Below, in pieces: positions 1 to 9,694 of a stretch of DNA of 64,000 bases. The position numbers were made by a program, and so were the translations under genes. How positions within the stretch are numbered: position 1 is the stretch's first letter; every line of letters begins with the position of its first letter. The DNA comes from Verrucomicrobiota bacterium (lineage in GTDB: Bacteria > Verrucomicrobiota > Verrucomicrobiia > Methylacidiphilales > JBCBYL01): assembly GCA_038748025.1 (NCBI GenBank), contig JBCDJI010000015.1, positions 23,957 through 87,956 of the forward strand, read 5' to 3'. Under the pieces are notes generated by a model. It saw only the letters and a program-made list of their open reading frames with translations, made no database searches and was not told where the DNA came from.

Positions 1-1606
1 GAGGAAGTCGCGCGTTGGGGTCTGCTTTCTCGTCTTTGTCATTGATACCGAGTACTTTCGGTGTAACCACAAACACCAGCTCTGACTTGGAATCTGTCTT
101 ATCGCGATCCTTGAACAGCTCTCCTACCAGCGGAATATCTGCCAGAAAAGGAATTTTTACCAGGCGTTGATTTTTCAGATTATTGAAAAGACCGCCCAGC
201 ACCAGGGATTCACCTGTAGGAATGGCGACTCGAGTCTCGATAAAGCTGGTATCAATCGCACCATTAAAGGTTCCTGCATTGACGTTGGCACTTGAGCCCG
301 GATCGATAGAAGTCACGCTGGGCTGGATTGCCATTGTCACCGTTCCATTCTCAGAAATGGTATTGATGGTCTGAACCTGTTCATTAGAGAAATTTCCCAG
401 CCGACCTGCAGAGCTACTCTGCTGGGAAATATTATCCCAAGCGATCAATCCTTCCTGGTCGGGTCGGTCCGTTTCCTCTTCTCGGGCCAGCGGTGTCATC
501 CTTAGCGTGACACCAACGTTGATACGCTCAAATTCTTGAACTGCATTACCTAACGCATCAACTGTTACCTCGCCCGGCACTGCCACTGACTGCCCGATGG
601 AAACCACTGCAGGTTGACCATTCAGGACGGTAAGTGTCGGTTCCTGCAGCAATTCAGCCTCTGTTTCTACTCCATTCAAATTGACAGTGGTTGATACTTC
701 GGGCGCTCCCGTCAGCAGTTGGCCAAATATAGGAAGATTGTCATTGGGACCGGTCTCAAAAAATGGCGTGGAACTTCTGAAGCCGAGCGCAAAACCACCC
801 GTGTTGTTGTTGGTTCCCGCTACTGAAGTCGTGTGAGTAACACCGATGTTGGTATCGTTACTGTAAGTCAGTCGGATAATTTTAACATTCAAACGCACCT
901 GCAGGGGGTCTGCTACAGACATGAAGTTGACTACATTGGTTGTGTAGGCACGTGCGATACTTTCAGCCCTCTTCGCAACCAGATCATTGGCCACCTGGCC
1001 AGAAAGTAAAATAGTAGGACGGAAATCATCTGCTCCGGTGACTTCGCCGGTCGAGTTTCCGGCCGTTTCACCTCTGGGTGCCAGGATTTCTGATGCCGTC
1101 TCTTCACCAAAAGCCCGGTTCAGGTTGGCCCCTACCAGTGCTGCCTGAGGAGGCAGCACCTTGACCATGAGACCTGGATCGCCAACAAACTTCATAATCG
1201 CGCTTTCCAGCTCTTTCTCGATGTTGTTTTCTTCAAAACGTGCTTCCACCGTAATGGTATAAACCGTTTCCTCGCCATTTTCGAGGACTGCGACATTGGC
1301 TGTTCCGGGCCGTCTAAGTGCTAACAATAGTTTATCGGTAAGTCCGCCTGGCTGAGAGAGAATGATGGGCTGTTCCAGCACCTGACCTGTTTCATCCTTG
1401 AATTCCCAATAGCCGTCGATGAGCACCTGCTTATTGCTGATCCGGATAGTAGCTTCCTGAAAATCCTGCACGTCAAGAACCAGATTATCCTGAACGAAGC
1501 CTGTAAGTTCTGTTCCTCCCGGGGCTGAGTCACTTTGCTGCGCGTAAAGAATTCCTGTACCCGTTATTGCAAGTAATGTAGTGAGTAGTTTTAAATGGTT
1601 TTTCAT
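1..1606 (-). CDS. cpaC: Tad/Flp pilus secretin (CpaC/RcpA type), 3' end runs off the window
   Basis: Not in the ORF track. Manual translation from ATG 1606 (alternative 1612) gives MKNHLKLLTTLLAITGTG (signal-like) ... QEPTLTVLNGQPA ... ETRVAIPTGESLVLGGLF ... KIPFLADIPLVGELFK ... SELVFVVTP, the secretin C-domain motifs. It lies directly downstream of cpaB. Confidence 0.85.
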   Translation of the reverse strand, partial: MKNHLKLLTTLLAITGTGILYAQQSDSAPGGTELTGFVQDNLVLDVQDFQEATIRISNKQVLIDGYWEFKDETGQVLEQPIILSQPGGLTDKLLLALRRPGTANVAVLENGEETVYTITVEARFEENNIEKELESAIMKFVGDPGLMVKVLPPQAALVGANLNRAFGEETASEILAPRGETAGNSTGEVTGADDFRPTILLSGQVANDLVAKRAESIARAYTTNVVNFMSVADPLQVRLNVKIIRLTYSNDTNIGVTHTTSVAGTNNNTGGFALGFRSSTPFFETGPNDNLPIFGQLLTGAPEVSTTVNLNGVETEAELLQEPTLTVLNGQPAVVSIGQSVAVPGEVTVDALGNAVQEFERINVGVTLRMTPLAREEETDRPDQEGLIAWDNISQQSSSAGRLGNFSNEQVQTINTISENGTVTMAIQPSVTSIDPGSSANVNAGTFNGAIDTSFIETRVAIPTGESLVLGGLFNNLKNQRLVKIPFLADIPLVGELFKDRDKTDSKSELVFVVTPKVLGINDKDEKADPNARLP

Positions 1607-1620
1607 GATCATCTAGATGG

Positions 1621-2493
1621 TTAAAATACAATTTTCTTTTTAGGTTCTACCGGGGCAACTACCGGCCCCGTGTCCACATCAACAGGTGCCGCCAGATCTC
1701 CGGTTAAGCGTGTAGCGATTCTCTCATGCAATGTAGAAGGTTGTTCAATAATGGCTTCATCGTCATACCGGCGTAATAACATATAGACGCTGTCGGAAGC
1801 TCGTGTTGCGCCTAGTATGATCTCTGCTTCCTGAGGAGTCACCACAAACGTCGCCGTCGTGCCCTGCGCCAGTCTTCCGGCGTCCGGATTTTCGGTATCT
1901 TCATTGTTATCAGGACTGGGCACGGATGTCTGTCCGTGAATAATGTCAAAAACTTCCACTTTCTGCAGGAAGGTAACACTCAGGGAACCGCCAATAGGCT
2001 CATCCTCCCGCTCCAGCAGATCTTCAGAGACTTCAAAAATACCCACCAAATCAACAAAATCTCCATTTTTCACCGTAAAGCCCGCTGCACTCTGGTCATC
2101 CACTCCGATGGTCACCAACCGCTTTCCGGCTGGAATTACCGCAGATGCTTTGGGCAGCGCCGTGGGTGTGCCGACTTTGGCATTGAAGAGTATGTCGTTA
2201 ACCGGGATGTCGTGCATCGCAATTTTACCGTTCAGCTCATCAAACGACTTAATCGCACTGGCGGGAACAAAGTCCTCAGGCATCGACTTTATTTGCGTAT
2301 TGAACTGAGTAAACGAACTGCCGATCGTAATGGGTTCCTTGGCAACCACCACAGAGTCCATCTTGATTTCTTTGGTCGGTGCTGCCTGACTGGCCTTTTG
2401 TACACGCAGATCCACGTATTTCACGATCAGGAAAATGCTGACCACTCCCAGCAGGAGGGCTGCAATAATGAGAAAATTGAATGCCTTGTTCAC
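1621..2493 (-). CDS. cpaB: Flp pilus assembly protein CpaB (SAF + RcpC domains)
   Basis: N-terminal TM, then VVVAKEPITIG (SAF), IPAGKRLVTIGVD, GFTVKNGDFVDL and VTPQEAE. GTG 2493 chosen as start; the ORF extends to 2550. Confidence 0.88.
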   Translation of the reverse strand: MNKAFNFLIIAALLLGVVSIFLIVKYVDLRVQKASQAAPTKEIKMDSVVVAKEPITIGSSFTQFNTQIKSMPEDFVPASAIKSFDELNGKIAMHDIPVNDILFNAKVGTPTALPKASAVIPAGKRLVTIGVDDQSAAGFTVKNGDFVDLVGIFEVSEDLLEREDEPIGGSLSVTFLQKVEVFDIIHGQTSVPSPDNNEDTENPDAGRLAQGTTATFVVTPQEAEIILGATRASDSVYMLLRRYDDEAIIEQPSTLHERIATRLTGDLAAPVDVDTGPVVAPVEPKKKIVF

Positions 2494-2627
2494 GGGTATG
2501 TCCTTATAATTATTTACGCAAAAATTAGTAAAATAGGCTAACCGAGTCAAGACAATCCCATATGATAAGTCGTTTCAGTAATCATTTTACCTCGCCTGAA
2601 ATCTGTAAATTCGTTTAAGTTAGTGAG

Positions 2628-3863
2628 ATGAAGGGTTATACCAACAGATCAGATTACCTGCTGAAGATCACATCTGTCTCCGTTGTTATAGTAATCATTC
2701 TGTCATGCAGATGCCTGGCAACCACGCTGAACAAGGATTTCAACCTCAAGATCTGGAATGACAACTCGCTGTGGGATGACGATGCCCGTTTTACGGCATC
2801 ACGTCTCGGATTATCAGGAACCGGCGGCCGGGATAACAATGAAACGTTCCGTGCAACCGTGGCAGGCCGCATTACTTCCCTGGGACTTCCCCTGTATGCG
2901 ATTGACCTCTATCCTAAAAATGGAAAAGTCTCGCGTATCATACTGGGCTTTATCAATGAAGCAGATCTATACAAAAGCAACCCAGGCGATTTTCACCAGT
3001 TTTCAAAAAAGAAAGACGAGGCGTTCGATCAGGGTAGGATCTATCTCACCAAGCGACTAGGCAGACCTTCCGGGGAAGGAAATTCGCTGCATTGGAGCTG
3101 GCTCAATCACACCTTGACCTTGAAGAATACGGATAAAGCCCTGCTATTAGATATTACTCCCGGCAAGTACATCCCGAATGCCAATGCCAGACAATCCGTT
3201 ATTGCGGACAAGCAGCGAACCCTTACCCCTCCGCAACGGTATGTGAAGCGGGAACAAAATGGCGATGTGTATATTTCCGGTATCCCTAAAATCTCCCAGG
3301 GCAGCCGCGGCTACTGCGTTCCGGCTACCTGGGAAAAGGTGCTGAGACATAACGGCCTGGGATTTAATGTCTATGATCTGGCGGAAGAAGGCAGTACCAG
3401 TGTCAACGGCAGTTACTTCACGCTCTTTACCAGCCGGGTCAAAGGCATGCTGAAGCCGCATCAATATAAAGTGGAACACCTGCGCTTCACGCCGGATAAT
3501 ATCAAAATGGTTGCCAGCTACATCAATAAAGGATACCCGCTGATCTGGCATATGGATGCTCAGGACTTGAGACGTTGGGTCAGCCGTAATCGTCAGAGAA
3601 GAGGTAAACTGCCGGATGACTCAGCCAACACTTCATTGAACCCGTCACGACTAGCGGGACATGCCTTGTTAATTATCGGCTATAACAGTCGTGAACAGGA
3701 AATCGCCCTCTCCGACTCCACTGAACTGGGGAGCAGCGAAACAGTCATCTGGATTCATGCCAGTGAAGCACGTGCAGCCCACCAGTCACGGACCGAGCTG
3801 CTGGCCGTCATACCTCCCGGAAGAACGGGTGGGAAAGATTTCCTGAAAGCGAAATGGTATTAG
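2628..3863 (+). CDS. Secreted/membrane-anchored protein with C-terminal papain-fold C39-like peptidase domain
   Basis: Hydrophobic N-terminus; ISQGSRGYCVPATWE (Q..C), GHALLIIGYN (H) and LSDS (D). Confidence 0.7.
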   Translation: MKGYTNRSDYLLKITSVSVVIVIILSCRCLATTLNKDFNLKIWNDNSLWDDDARFTASRLGLSGTGGRDNNETFRATVAGRITSLGLPLYAIDLYPKNGKVSRIILGFINEADLYKSNPGDFHQFSKKKDEAFDQGRIYLTKRLGRPSGEGNSLHWSWLNHTLTLKNTDKALLLDITPGKYIPNANARQSVIADKQRTLTPPQRYVKREQNGDVYISGIPKISQGSRGYCVPATWEKVLRHNGLGFNVYDLAEEGSTSVNGSYFTLFTSRVKGMLKPHQYKVEHLRFTPDNIKMVASYINKGYPLIWHMDAQDLRRWVSRNRQRRGKLPDDSANTSLNPSRLAGHALLIIGYNSREQEIALSDSTELGSSETVIWIHASEARAAHQSRTELLAVIPPGRTGGKDFLKAKWY

Positions 3864-3876
3864 GTCAGGTCGGACA

Positions 3877-5133
3877 CTACTTACGCGACTTGTTGCTGTT
3901 TTTTGCTTTATTTTTTTTACGCTTCGGCAACAGGTCTTTATAGGGCTTTTGCTTTTGTGCACGCGCCTTCAGACGTAAGCCGTTCAACCGAATAAAGCCG
4001 GTCGCATCGGACTGGTCATACGCACCGGCATCATCTTCCATACTGGCGACATCGGACTGATAGAGCGACACCTTACTCTTACGCCCTTCGACAATGATGT
4101 TTCCCTTATACAGTTTCAAACGAACCGTTCCGGTCACATTCTCCTGGCTCTGGTCGATCGAAGCCTGAATCAATTCCCGTTCCGGTGCATACCAGAAACC
4201 GTTGTATATCAGTTCGGAATACTTTGGAATCCACCCGTCACGCAGGTGCATCACCTCCCGGTCCATGGTTATCGTTTCCAGCTGCCGGTGTGCCACGCTG
4301 AGAATGGTTCCCCCGGGAGTCTCATAAACCCCTCTCGACTTCATGCCGACAAACCGGTTCTCCACCATGTCCACCCGACCGACGCCATGCTTGCCACCCA
4401 GTTTATTCAATGCGTAGACTATATCGGCGGGTGACATCTGCTGGCTGTTTATCGCTACGCAGTCGCCTCGGCGAAAATCCAGCTCGATGGTTTCCCCGGT
4501 AGCCGGAGCTTTTTCCGGGGAGCGGGTCAGCAAAAACATTTTTTCATCCGGACTTACCCAGGGATCTTCCAGAATACCACTTTCATAACTGATATGCAGC
4601 AGATTACGGTCCATCGAATACGGCTTTTTAGCTGAAACCGTTACCGGAATCTTCTTTTCCGCAGCATAACGAATGAGATCGGTCCGCCCCTTAAAATCCC
4701 AGATTCGCCATGGCGCAATCACCTGTATCCCGGGAGCCAATGCCGCAAAGGTCAGTTCAAAGCGAACCTGATCATTTCCCTTTCCGGTCGCACCATGGGC
4801 CACCGCATCCGCATTCTCCAGCATCGCAATTTCGATTTGGCGTTTGGCAATGAGCGGCCGGGCAATACTGGTTCCCAGATAGTAGAGTCCCTCGTAGAGC
4901 GCATTCCCACGGATCATCGGAAAGATGAAATCGCGGGCAAATTCCTCACGCAAATCATCCACATAACACTTTTCAGCTCCGGTCTTCAGCGCCTTCTCTT
5001 CCAGACCGTCCAATTCCTCTTCCTGCCCGAGGTCCGCACAGTACGCTATGATTTCAGCGTCGTATTCGTCTTTGAGCCAGGTCAGCAGCACCGAGGTGTC
5101 TAAGCCACCCGAGTAAGCAACAACTATTTTCAT
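3877..5133 (-). CDS. argG: Argininosuccinate synthase
   Basis: [45 protein letters not shown]. Confidence 0.98.
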   Translation of the reverse strand: MKIVVAYSGGLDTSVLLTWLKDEYDAEIIAYCADLGQEEELDGLEEKALKTGAEKCYVDDLREEFARDFIFPMIRGNALYEGLYYLGTSIARPLIAKRQIEIAMLENADAVAHGATGKGNDQVRFELTFAALAPGIQVIAPWRIWDFKGRTDLIRYAAEKKIPVTVSAKKPYSMDRNLLHISYESGILEDPWVSPDEKMFLLTRSPEKAPATGETIELDFRRGDCVAINSQQMSPADIVYALNKLGGKHGVGRVDMVENRFVGMKSRGVYETPGGTILSVAHRQLETITMDREVMHLRDGWIPKYSELIYNGFWYAPERELIQASIDQSQENVTGTVRLKLYKGNIIVEGRKSKVSLYQSDVASMEDDAGAYDQSDATGFIRLNGLRLKARAQKQKPYKDLLPKRKKNKAKNSNKSRK

Positions 5134-5203
5134 ACTAGTCCCCATTTTACGGCTACCGGATGCAAATCCGGCAGTAAATCAATTCGTGAATCAACCAGCC
5201 TGA

Positions 5204-7102
5204 TCAGGCAACGGCTTGTCCCGGTTTGTGAGCCGGTTTAATTTTTTCGAGATACGGAGCAGCCTTCTCCAGGGTCGACTCCACCGTCAGCCCGTATTTC
5301 TCACGGAGCAGGTCTTCCTTCCCATGCTCAATGAACTGATCCGGCCAGCCAATGCGAACAACTGGGGTTTGGATACCGAGATCAGACAGCGAGTCGACAA
5401 CGATACTGCCAAAGCCTCCTTCGACCACGTGATCTTCCAGTGTAATAACCAGGTCGGTGGAGCGCCCGTAGAAATCCAGCGTGCCGTGATCCAGTGGCTT
5501 GGCAAAACGCGCATTGATCAAAGCAGCGGAATATCCCAACTCCTGCAATGCTTTAACCAGTTCCTCCCCTACCATTCCCATCTTGCCGTACGTCCAAACA
5601 GCCACCTGAGTTCCCTGCTTGACCACCTCGGCCTTACCGATCGGCAGCAACTCCGGTTCCGGTTTTATTTCCGCACCGGTAGCATATCCACGTGGATAGC
5701 GGATGGCAATCGGGCCGCTGTAATGTAAAGCCGTCCAGAGCATATCCACAAACTCGTCCTCATCCTTCGGCGACATGTGCACCACATTCGGAATCGAACG
5801 GAAGTAGCTAATATCAAATACTCCATGGTGCGTCGGTCCGTCGTCCCCGGATAGCCCGCCTCGATCCATGCAGAATACCACGTTCAAGTTTTGCAGGCAG
5901 ACATCATGGATCAACATGTCAAAGGCACGCTGCAGAAAGGTGGAATAGATCGCACAAACTGGTTTCAAACCTTTGGTGGCCATTCCTGCGGCAAACAGCA
6001 CCGCATGCTCTTCGGCGATACCTACATCAAAATAGCGATCCGGATGATTCGGAGAAAACTTATCCAGTCCGGTTCCATTCGGCATCCCGCCGGTAATCGC
6101 AACAATCTTGTTATTATTTTCAGCAAACTTACTGAGATTTTCTGCGAAGATTTTGGAGAATGTCGGCGGACCACTGGCGGTGGCTTCACCTGTACGAATG
6201 TCATAAGCCGGGGTTCCGTGAAAGGCTTTCTGCTTGGCCAGCGCCGGCTCATATCCTTTACCTTTCTGCGTCAGGGCATGTAGAATCACCGGATGATCCT
6301 GCTCTTTTAAGAACTCGAACGTCTTGATCAAAGAGTGCACATCATGGCCGTCTACCGGACCGTAATAATGCATACCCAGTTCTTCGAAGATTACACTGGG
6401 CAGCATCAACCCTTTGGCCGCTTCTTCGATCCGGTGAGCAGCCTCCACCGCCATCTTTCCCCCAAGCCGCTCGAGAAAGTTTTTTGCCTTATCGTGCAGG
6501 TGCGCGTAATTGGGGTTCGTTACGATCTTGTTGAAATAATCGGCAATGGCACCGACGTTTTTATCAATCGACCACTCATTATCATTCAGGATGACGACCA
6601 TCCGCTTGGTAGTAGAGCAAATGTTATTCAATGCTTCAAAGGAGACACCGCAGGTAAACGCAGCATCCCCGGCCAAGGCCACGACATGCTCATCAGATCC
6701 CCGCAAGTCCCTGGCAGTTGCCATGCCCAGTGCCGCTGAAAGTGCCGTTCCGGCATGTCCGGCACCGAAACAGTCGTGTGGACTTTCTGCCCGCACCATG
6801 AAACCGTTGGGGCCGCCCGGTTGGCGGATTTTGTGAAAATCCTTCCGCCGACCAGTCAACAGTTTATGGACGTAAGCCTGATGACTGACATCAAAGACAA
6901 AGTTATCCCTGGGGGTATCAAAAACATAATGCAGCGCAATGGTCAGCTCAACCACCCCCAGATTCGGCCCCAGGTGACCACCTGTCTTACTCAGGCAGGT
7001 AATCAGTTTTTCCCGAATTTCTTCGGCTAATGTGTCCAGCTCTTCTGCGGGAATTTTTTTCAAATCCTCCGGGCTGTCAATGGTATCCAGAATGCGTCCC
7101 AT
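5204..7102 (-). CDS. dxs: 1-deoxy-D-xylulose-5-phosphate synthase
   Basis: GGHLGPNLGVVELT, DVSHQAYVHKLLTGR, GDAAFTCG..EALNN, DVGIAEEHAV, DGPTHHG. Confidence 0.98.
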   Translation of the reverse strand: MGRILDTIDSPEDLKKIPAEELDTLAEEIREKLITCLSKTGGHLGPNLGVVELTIALHYVFDTPRDNFVFDVSHQAYVHKLLTGRRKDFHKIRQPGGPNGFMVRAESPHDCFGAGHAGTALSAALGMATARDLRGSDEHVVALAGDAAFTCGVSFEALNNICSTTKRMVVILNDNEWSIDKNVGAIADYFNKIVTNPNYAHLHDKAKNFLERLGGKMAVEAAHRIEEAAKGLMLPSVIFEELGMHYYGPVDGHDVHSLIKTFEFLKEQDHPVILHALTQKGKGYEPALAKQKAFHGTPAYDIRTGEATASGPPTFSKIFAENLSKFAENNNKIVAITGGMPNGTGLDKFSPNHPDRYFDVGIAEEHAVLFAAGMATKGLKPVCAIYSTFLQRAFDMLIHDVCLQNLNVVFCMDRGGLSGDDGPTHHGVFDISYFRSIPNVVHMSPKDEDEFVDMLWTALHYSGPIAIRYPRGYATGAEIKPEPELLPIGKAEVVKQGTQVAVWTYGKMGMVGEELVKALQELGYSAALINARFAKPLDHGTLDFYGRSTDLVITLEDHVVEGGFGSIVVDSLSDLGIQTPVVRIGWPDQFIEHGKEDLLREKYGLTVESTLEKAAPYLEKIKPAHKPGQAVA

Positions 7103-7133
7103 GTTCTCTTCCTAACTATTTCAATATTATTAT

Positions 7134-7412
7134 CTAAAACAACTTAGCCCCGCCAAGATCATCTGTTCCGGCGCTGTCCAATTCCGTTTCTTTCAGCTTG
7201 CCCGCAGCATCCGCTGTCAATTGCCTGATTCGTTTTTCCGCTTCTGCCAGCTGCTGATCACAGGTCGCAAGATGCTTCATACCTTCTTCATACTGCTCAA
7301 TGATTTTCTCCAGCGGCATTTCACCGGATTCCATCTCTTCCACAATAGACTCCAGTCTGTCTAGAGCAGCTTCAAACGAAAGTCCACTGGTATTCGAGCT
7401 CTTGGCGGCCAT
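7134..7412 (-). CDS. xseB: Exodeoxyribonuclease VII small subunit
   Basis: SFEAALDRLESIVEEMESGEMPLEKII..YEEG; adjacent to xseA. Confidence 0.95.
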   Translation of the reverse strand: MAAKSSNTSGLSFEAALDRLESIVEEMESGEMPLEKIIEQYEEGMKHLATCDQQLAEAEKRIRQLTADAAGKLKETELDSAGTDDLGGAKLF

Positions 7413-7438
7413 AAAAGTTCTATATAAAAAGCGGTTTC

Positions 7439-8788
7439 CTACTGACGTCGAGCTTTTTCACCAGCTGGATCAATTAAACTGGTTTGCGACTTTTTATCGA
7501 CTTTCGAATAAATTCTCCCGTCCTGCAGTTGTATTGACATCCTGTCACCGAATTCCAACTGTTTCACACAGCGGACCAGCCTTCCTGAGGAATCAAAAAT
7601 TAACCCGTATCCCCGATCCAGCACACCTTGTGGCGAGAGTAACCGCAATTGCCCCGCCATCTTCTGCAATAACTGCCGCTTATTTCGTATCAGACGCTCT
7701 GAGTCCAGGCGAGCCATGCGTTCCTTCAATCGCTCCAAACCTTCATGACGGATTTCCATCATTCGCATGACTTGTCTTTGCAGTCGTTCTCCCAGTTCAT
7801 CGACACGTTGCAATGCGGTTTCCACCAGTCTGACAGGTTCCTGAAAGACATAGTGGCTGCGGTAACGATCCAGCTGGGCGCGCCAATCCGCTGCCTGGCG
7901 TTCCATTGCCAGTCGCATGCGACGCTGCAGTTCATCCAGCCGCTCCAGCCATTCCTCCCGGGAGGTTGCAACCAGTTCTGCCGCTGCTGAAGGTGTGGGC
8001 GCCCTCGCATCCGCTACAAAATCTGCTATGGTAAAGTCAATCTCGTGACCTACTGCCGAGACCACTGGAATATCGGACTGCGCAATGGCACGGGCCAGGA
8101 CTTCCTCATTAAACGCCCATAAGTCTTCCAGACTTCCACCTCCACGCGTCAGCACAATGAGATCCAGATCAACCTGCTGATTCAGAAAATGGAGCATGTC
8201 AGCCATTTCACCAGCAGCCCCCTCGCCCTGAACGCGGGTTCCGCCCAGCAGGAGGTGAATATGCGGACAACGCCTGCCGATCACTTGTAGAAAATCCCGC
8301 ACTGCCGCCCCGGTGGGAGAAGTGATTAAGCCGATCCGTCTGGGAAAAACCGGCAGGGTTTGTTTCCGGGATTGGTCAAACAATCCTTCCTGACTCAGTT
8401 TAAACTTGAGTGCCTCAAACTGAGCCTGCAATTCACCCTGACCTGCCGGTTTCATCGAGCGTAGCCGGATCTGATAATTGCCCCGGGGCTTGTACACCGT
8501 GATCATACCTGTTGCCACTACCTGAGCGCCATCCTCAGGTTCAAATTTCAGCCGGGAAGCATCCCCACGAAACATGACCGCAGAAATCTGAGCGTCCGCA
8601 TCTTTGAGTGAAAAATACAGATGTCCCGATGCCGACTGCCGTCGAAAGTTTGAGATTTCTCCGGTGACCTTCACATCCCCGACTTTGGACTCCAGCAGAT
8701 CCCTGATCTCATCGGTCAGATCGGAAACCGACCAGACCACAGGCTCCCTACCTGTTTCACCACCTGCAAACAAATCAAATTCAGACAT
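7439..8788 (-). CDS. xseA: Exodeoxyribonuclease VII large subunit
   Basis: GEISNF..SGHLYFSLKD, ITSPTGAAVRD, RGGGSLEDLWAFNEE, GHEIDFTIADFVAD.RAPTPSAAAE. Confidence 0.97.
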   Translation of the reverse strand: MSEFDLFAGGETGREPVVWSVSDLTDEIRDLLESKVGDVKVTGEISNFRRQSASGHLYFSLKDADAQISAVMFRGDASRLKFEPEDGAQVVATGMITVYKPRGNYQIRLRSMKPAGQGELQAQFEALKFKLSQEGLFDQSRKQTLPVFPRRIGLITSPTGAAVRDFLQVIGRRCPHIHLLLGGTRVQGEGAAGEMADMLHFLNQQVDLDLIVLTRGGGSLEDLWAFNEEVLARAIAQSDIPVVSAVGHEIDFTIADFVADARAPTPSAAAELVATSREEWLERLDELQRRMRLAMERQAADWRAQLDRYRSHYVFQEPVRLVETALQRVDELGERLQRQVMRMMEIRHEGLERLKERMARLDSERLIRNKRQLLQKMAGQLRLLSPQGVLDRGYGLIFDSSGRLVRCVKQLEFGDRMSIQLQDGRIYSKVDKKSQTSLIDPAGEKARRQ

Positions 8789-8800
8789 AACCCCGGATAC

Positions 8801-9598
8801 TCATCCTGCTTCAGTGGAAACTACTTTTTCCTGAAATCGTTCAATCCGAGTCGCCTGACCGGTGTTTTCATCCACCTCGACCAGGATACCGTCCGCCTGC
8901 ACACCCTGCTGCGCCAATTTCATGCGCACCGGCATTGAAGTCCGGTTACGTTCAATAATGGCATCCACTTCCCGCCCGATCACAGAATCATGAGCACCGC
9001 AAAATCCAGCATCGGTCAGATAAGCCGTTCCACCCGGTAATATCGTGTCATCGGCAGTCTGAACATGGGTATGAGTGCCCACCACGCAGGAAACCTGACC
9101 ATCCAGAAATCGACCCAGTGCAATCTTCTCCGAGGTAGCCTCTGCATGAAAATCGACCAATATCATCGGTGTCTCCTTCCGCACCTCCTCGATCAAAGCT
9201 TCCATTACCAGGAAAGGGTTATCCACCGTCGGGCCCATGAAGGTAAGTCCCAACGCATTAATCACCCCAAATTTCAAGCCGTTTCCCTGAACCACGACCG
9301 ACCCCTTGCCCGGACAGGATTCCGGAAAGTTCATCGGCCGAATCACTCGCGGCTCTTCTGCAAAAAACGGCATGATCTCACGCTGATCCCAGGTGTGGTC
9401 GCCCATGGTGATCACATCAATCTTTGAACGCATCAGCTCATAGGCCAGTCGGGGTGTAAGACCGCTCCCGCCGGCGGAATTCTCACCATTTACGATGAAA
9501 AAATCAGGAGCATACCGTTCTTCCAGACGGGGAACGACGGTCTTGACCGCCTCCCGACCCGGCTCACCCACCACATCTCCCATAAAGACAAATCGCAT
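8801..9598 (-). CDS. ymdB: TIGR00282/YmdB-family metallophosphoesterase
   Basis: GDVVGEPG, NGENSAGG, VDFHAEATSEK, GTHTHVQTAD. Confidence 0.92.
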   Translation of the reverse strand: MRFVFMGDVVGEPGREAVKTVVPRLEERYAPDFFIVNGENSAGGSGLTPRLAYELMRSKIDVITMGDHTWDQREIMPFFAEEPRVIRPMNFPESCPGKGSVVVQGNGLKFGVINALGLTFMGPTVDNPFLVMEALIEEVRKETPMILVDFHAEATSEKIALGRFLDGQVSCVVGTHTHVQTADDTILPGGTAYLTDAGFCGAHDSVIGREVDAIIERNRTSMPVRMKLAQQGVQADGILVEVDENTGQATRIERFQEKVVSTEAG

Positions 9599-9694
9599 TG
9601 GGAGAACCTACCGATCCGGGGCTGCGGCACAAGCCGAAGATCGGGATCGTTTTGAACTTTACCCCCGCTAGCCACTTGTCTCTAATGAGGTGAC

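Noticed and set aside
5153..5174. REP-like hairpin CCGGAT-GCAA-ATCCGG between dxs and argG (a similar CCGGCAG..CTGCCGG stem lies near 60816-60836)
   Set aside because: Short, no U-tract, and no clear multi-copy family within the window.
7102..7134. ispA missing between xseB and dxs
   Set aside because: A gene-order variant with no remnant; not informative alone.
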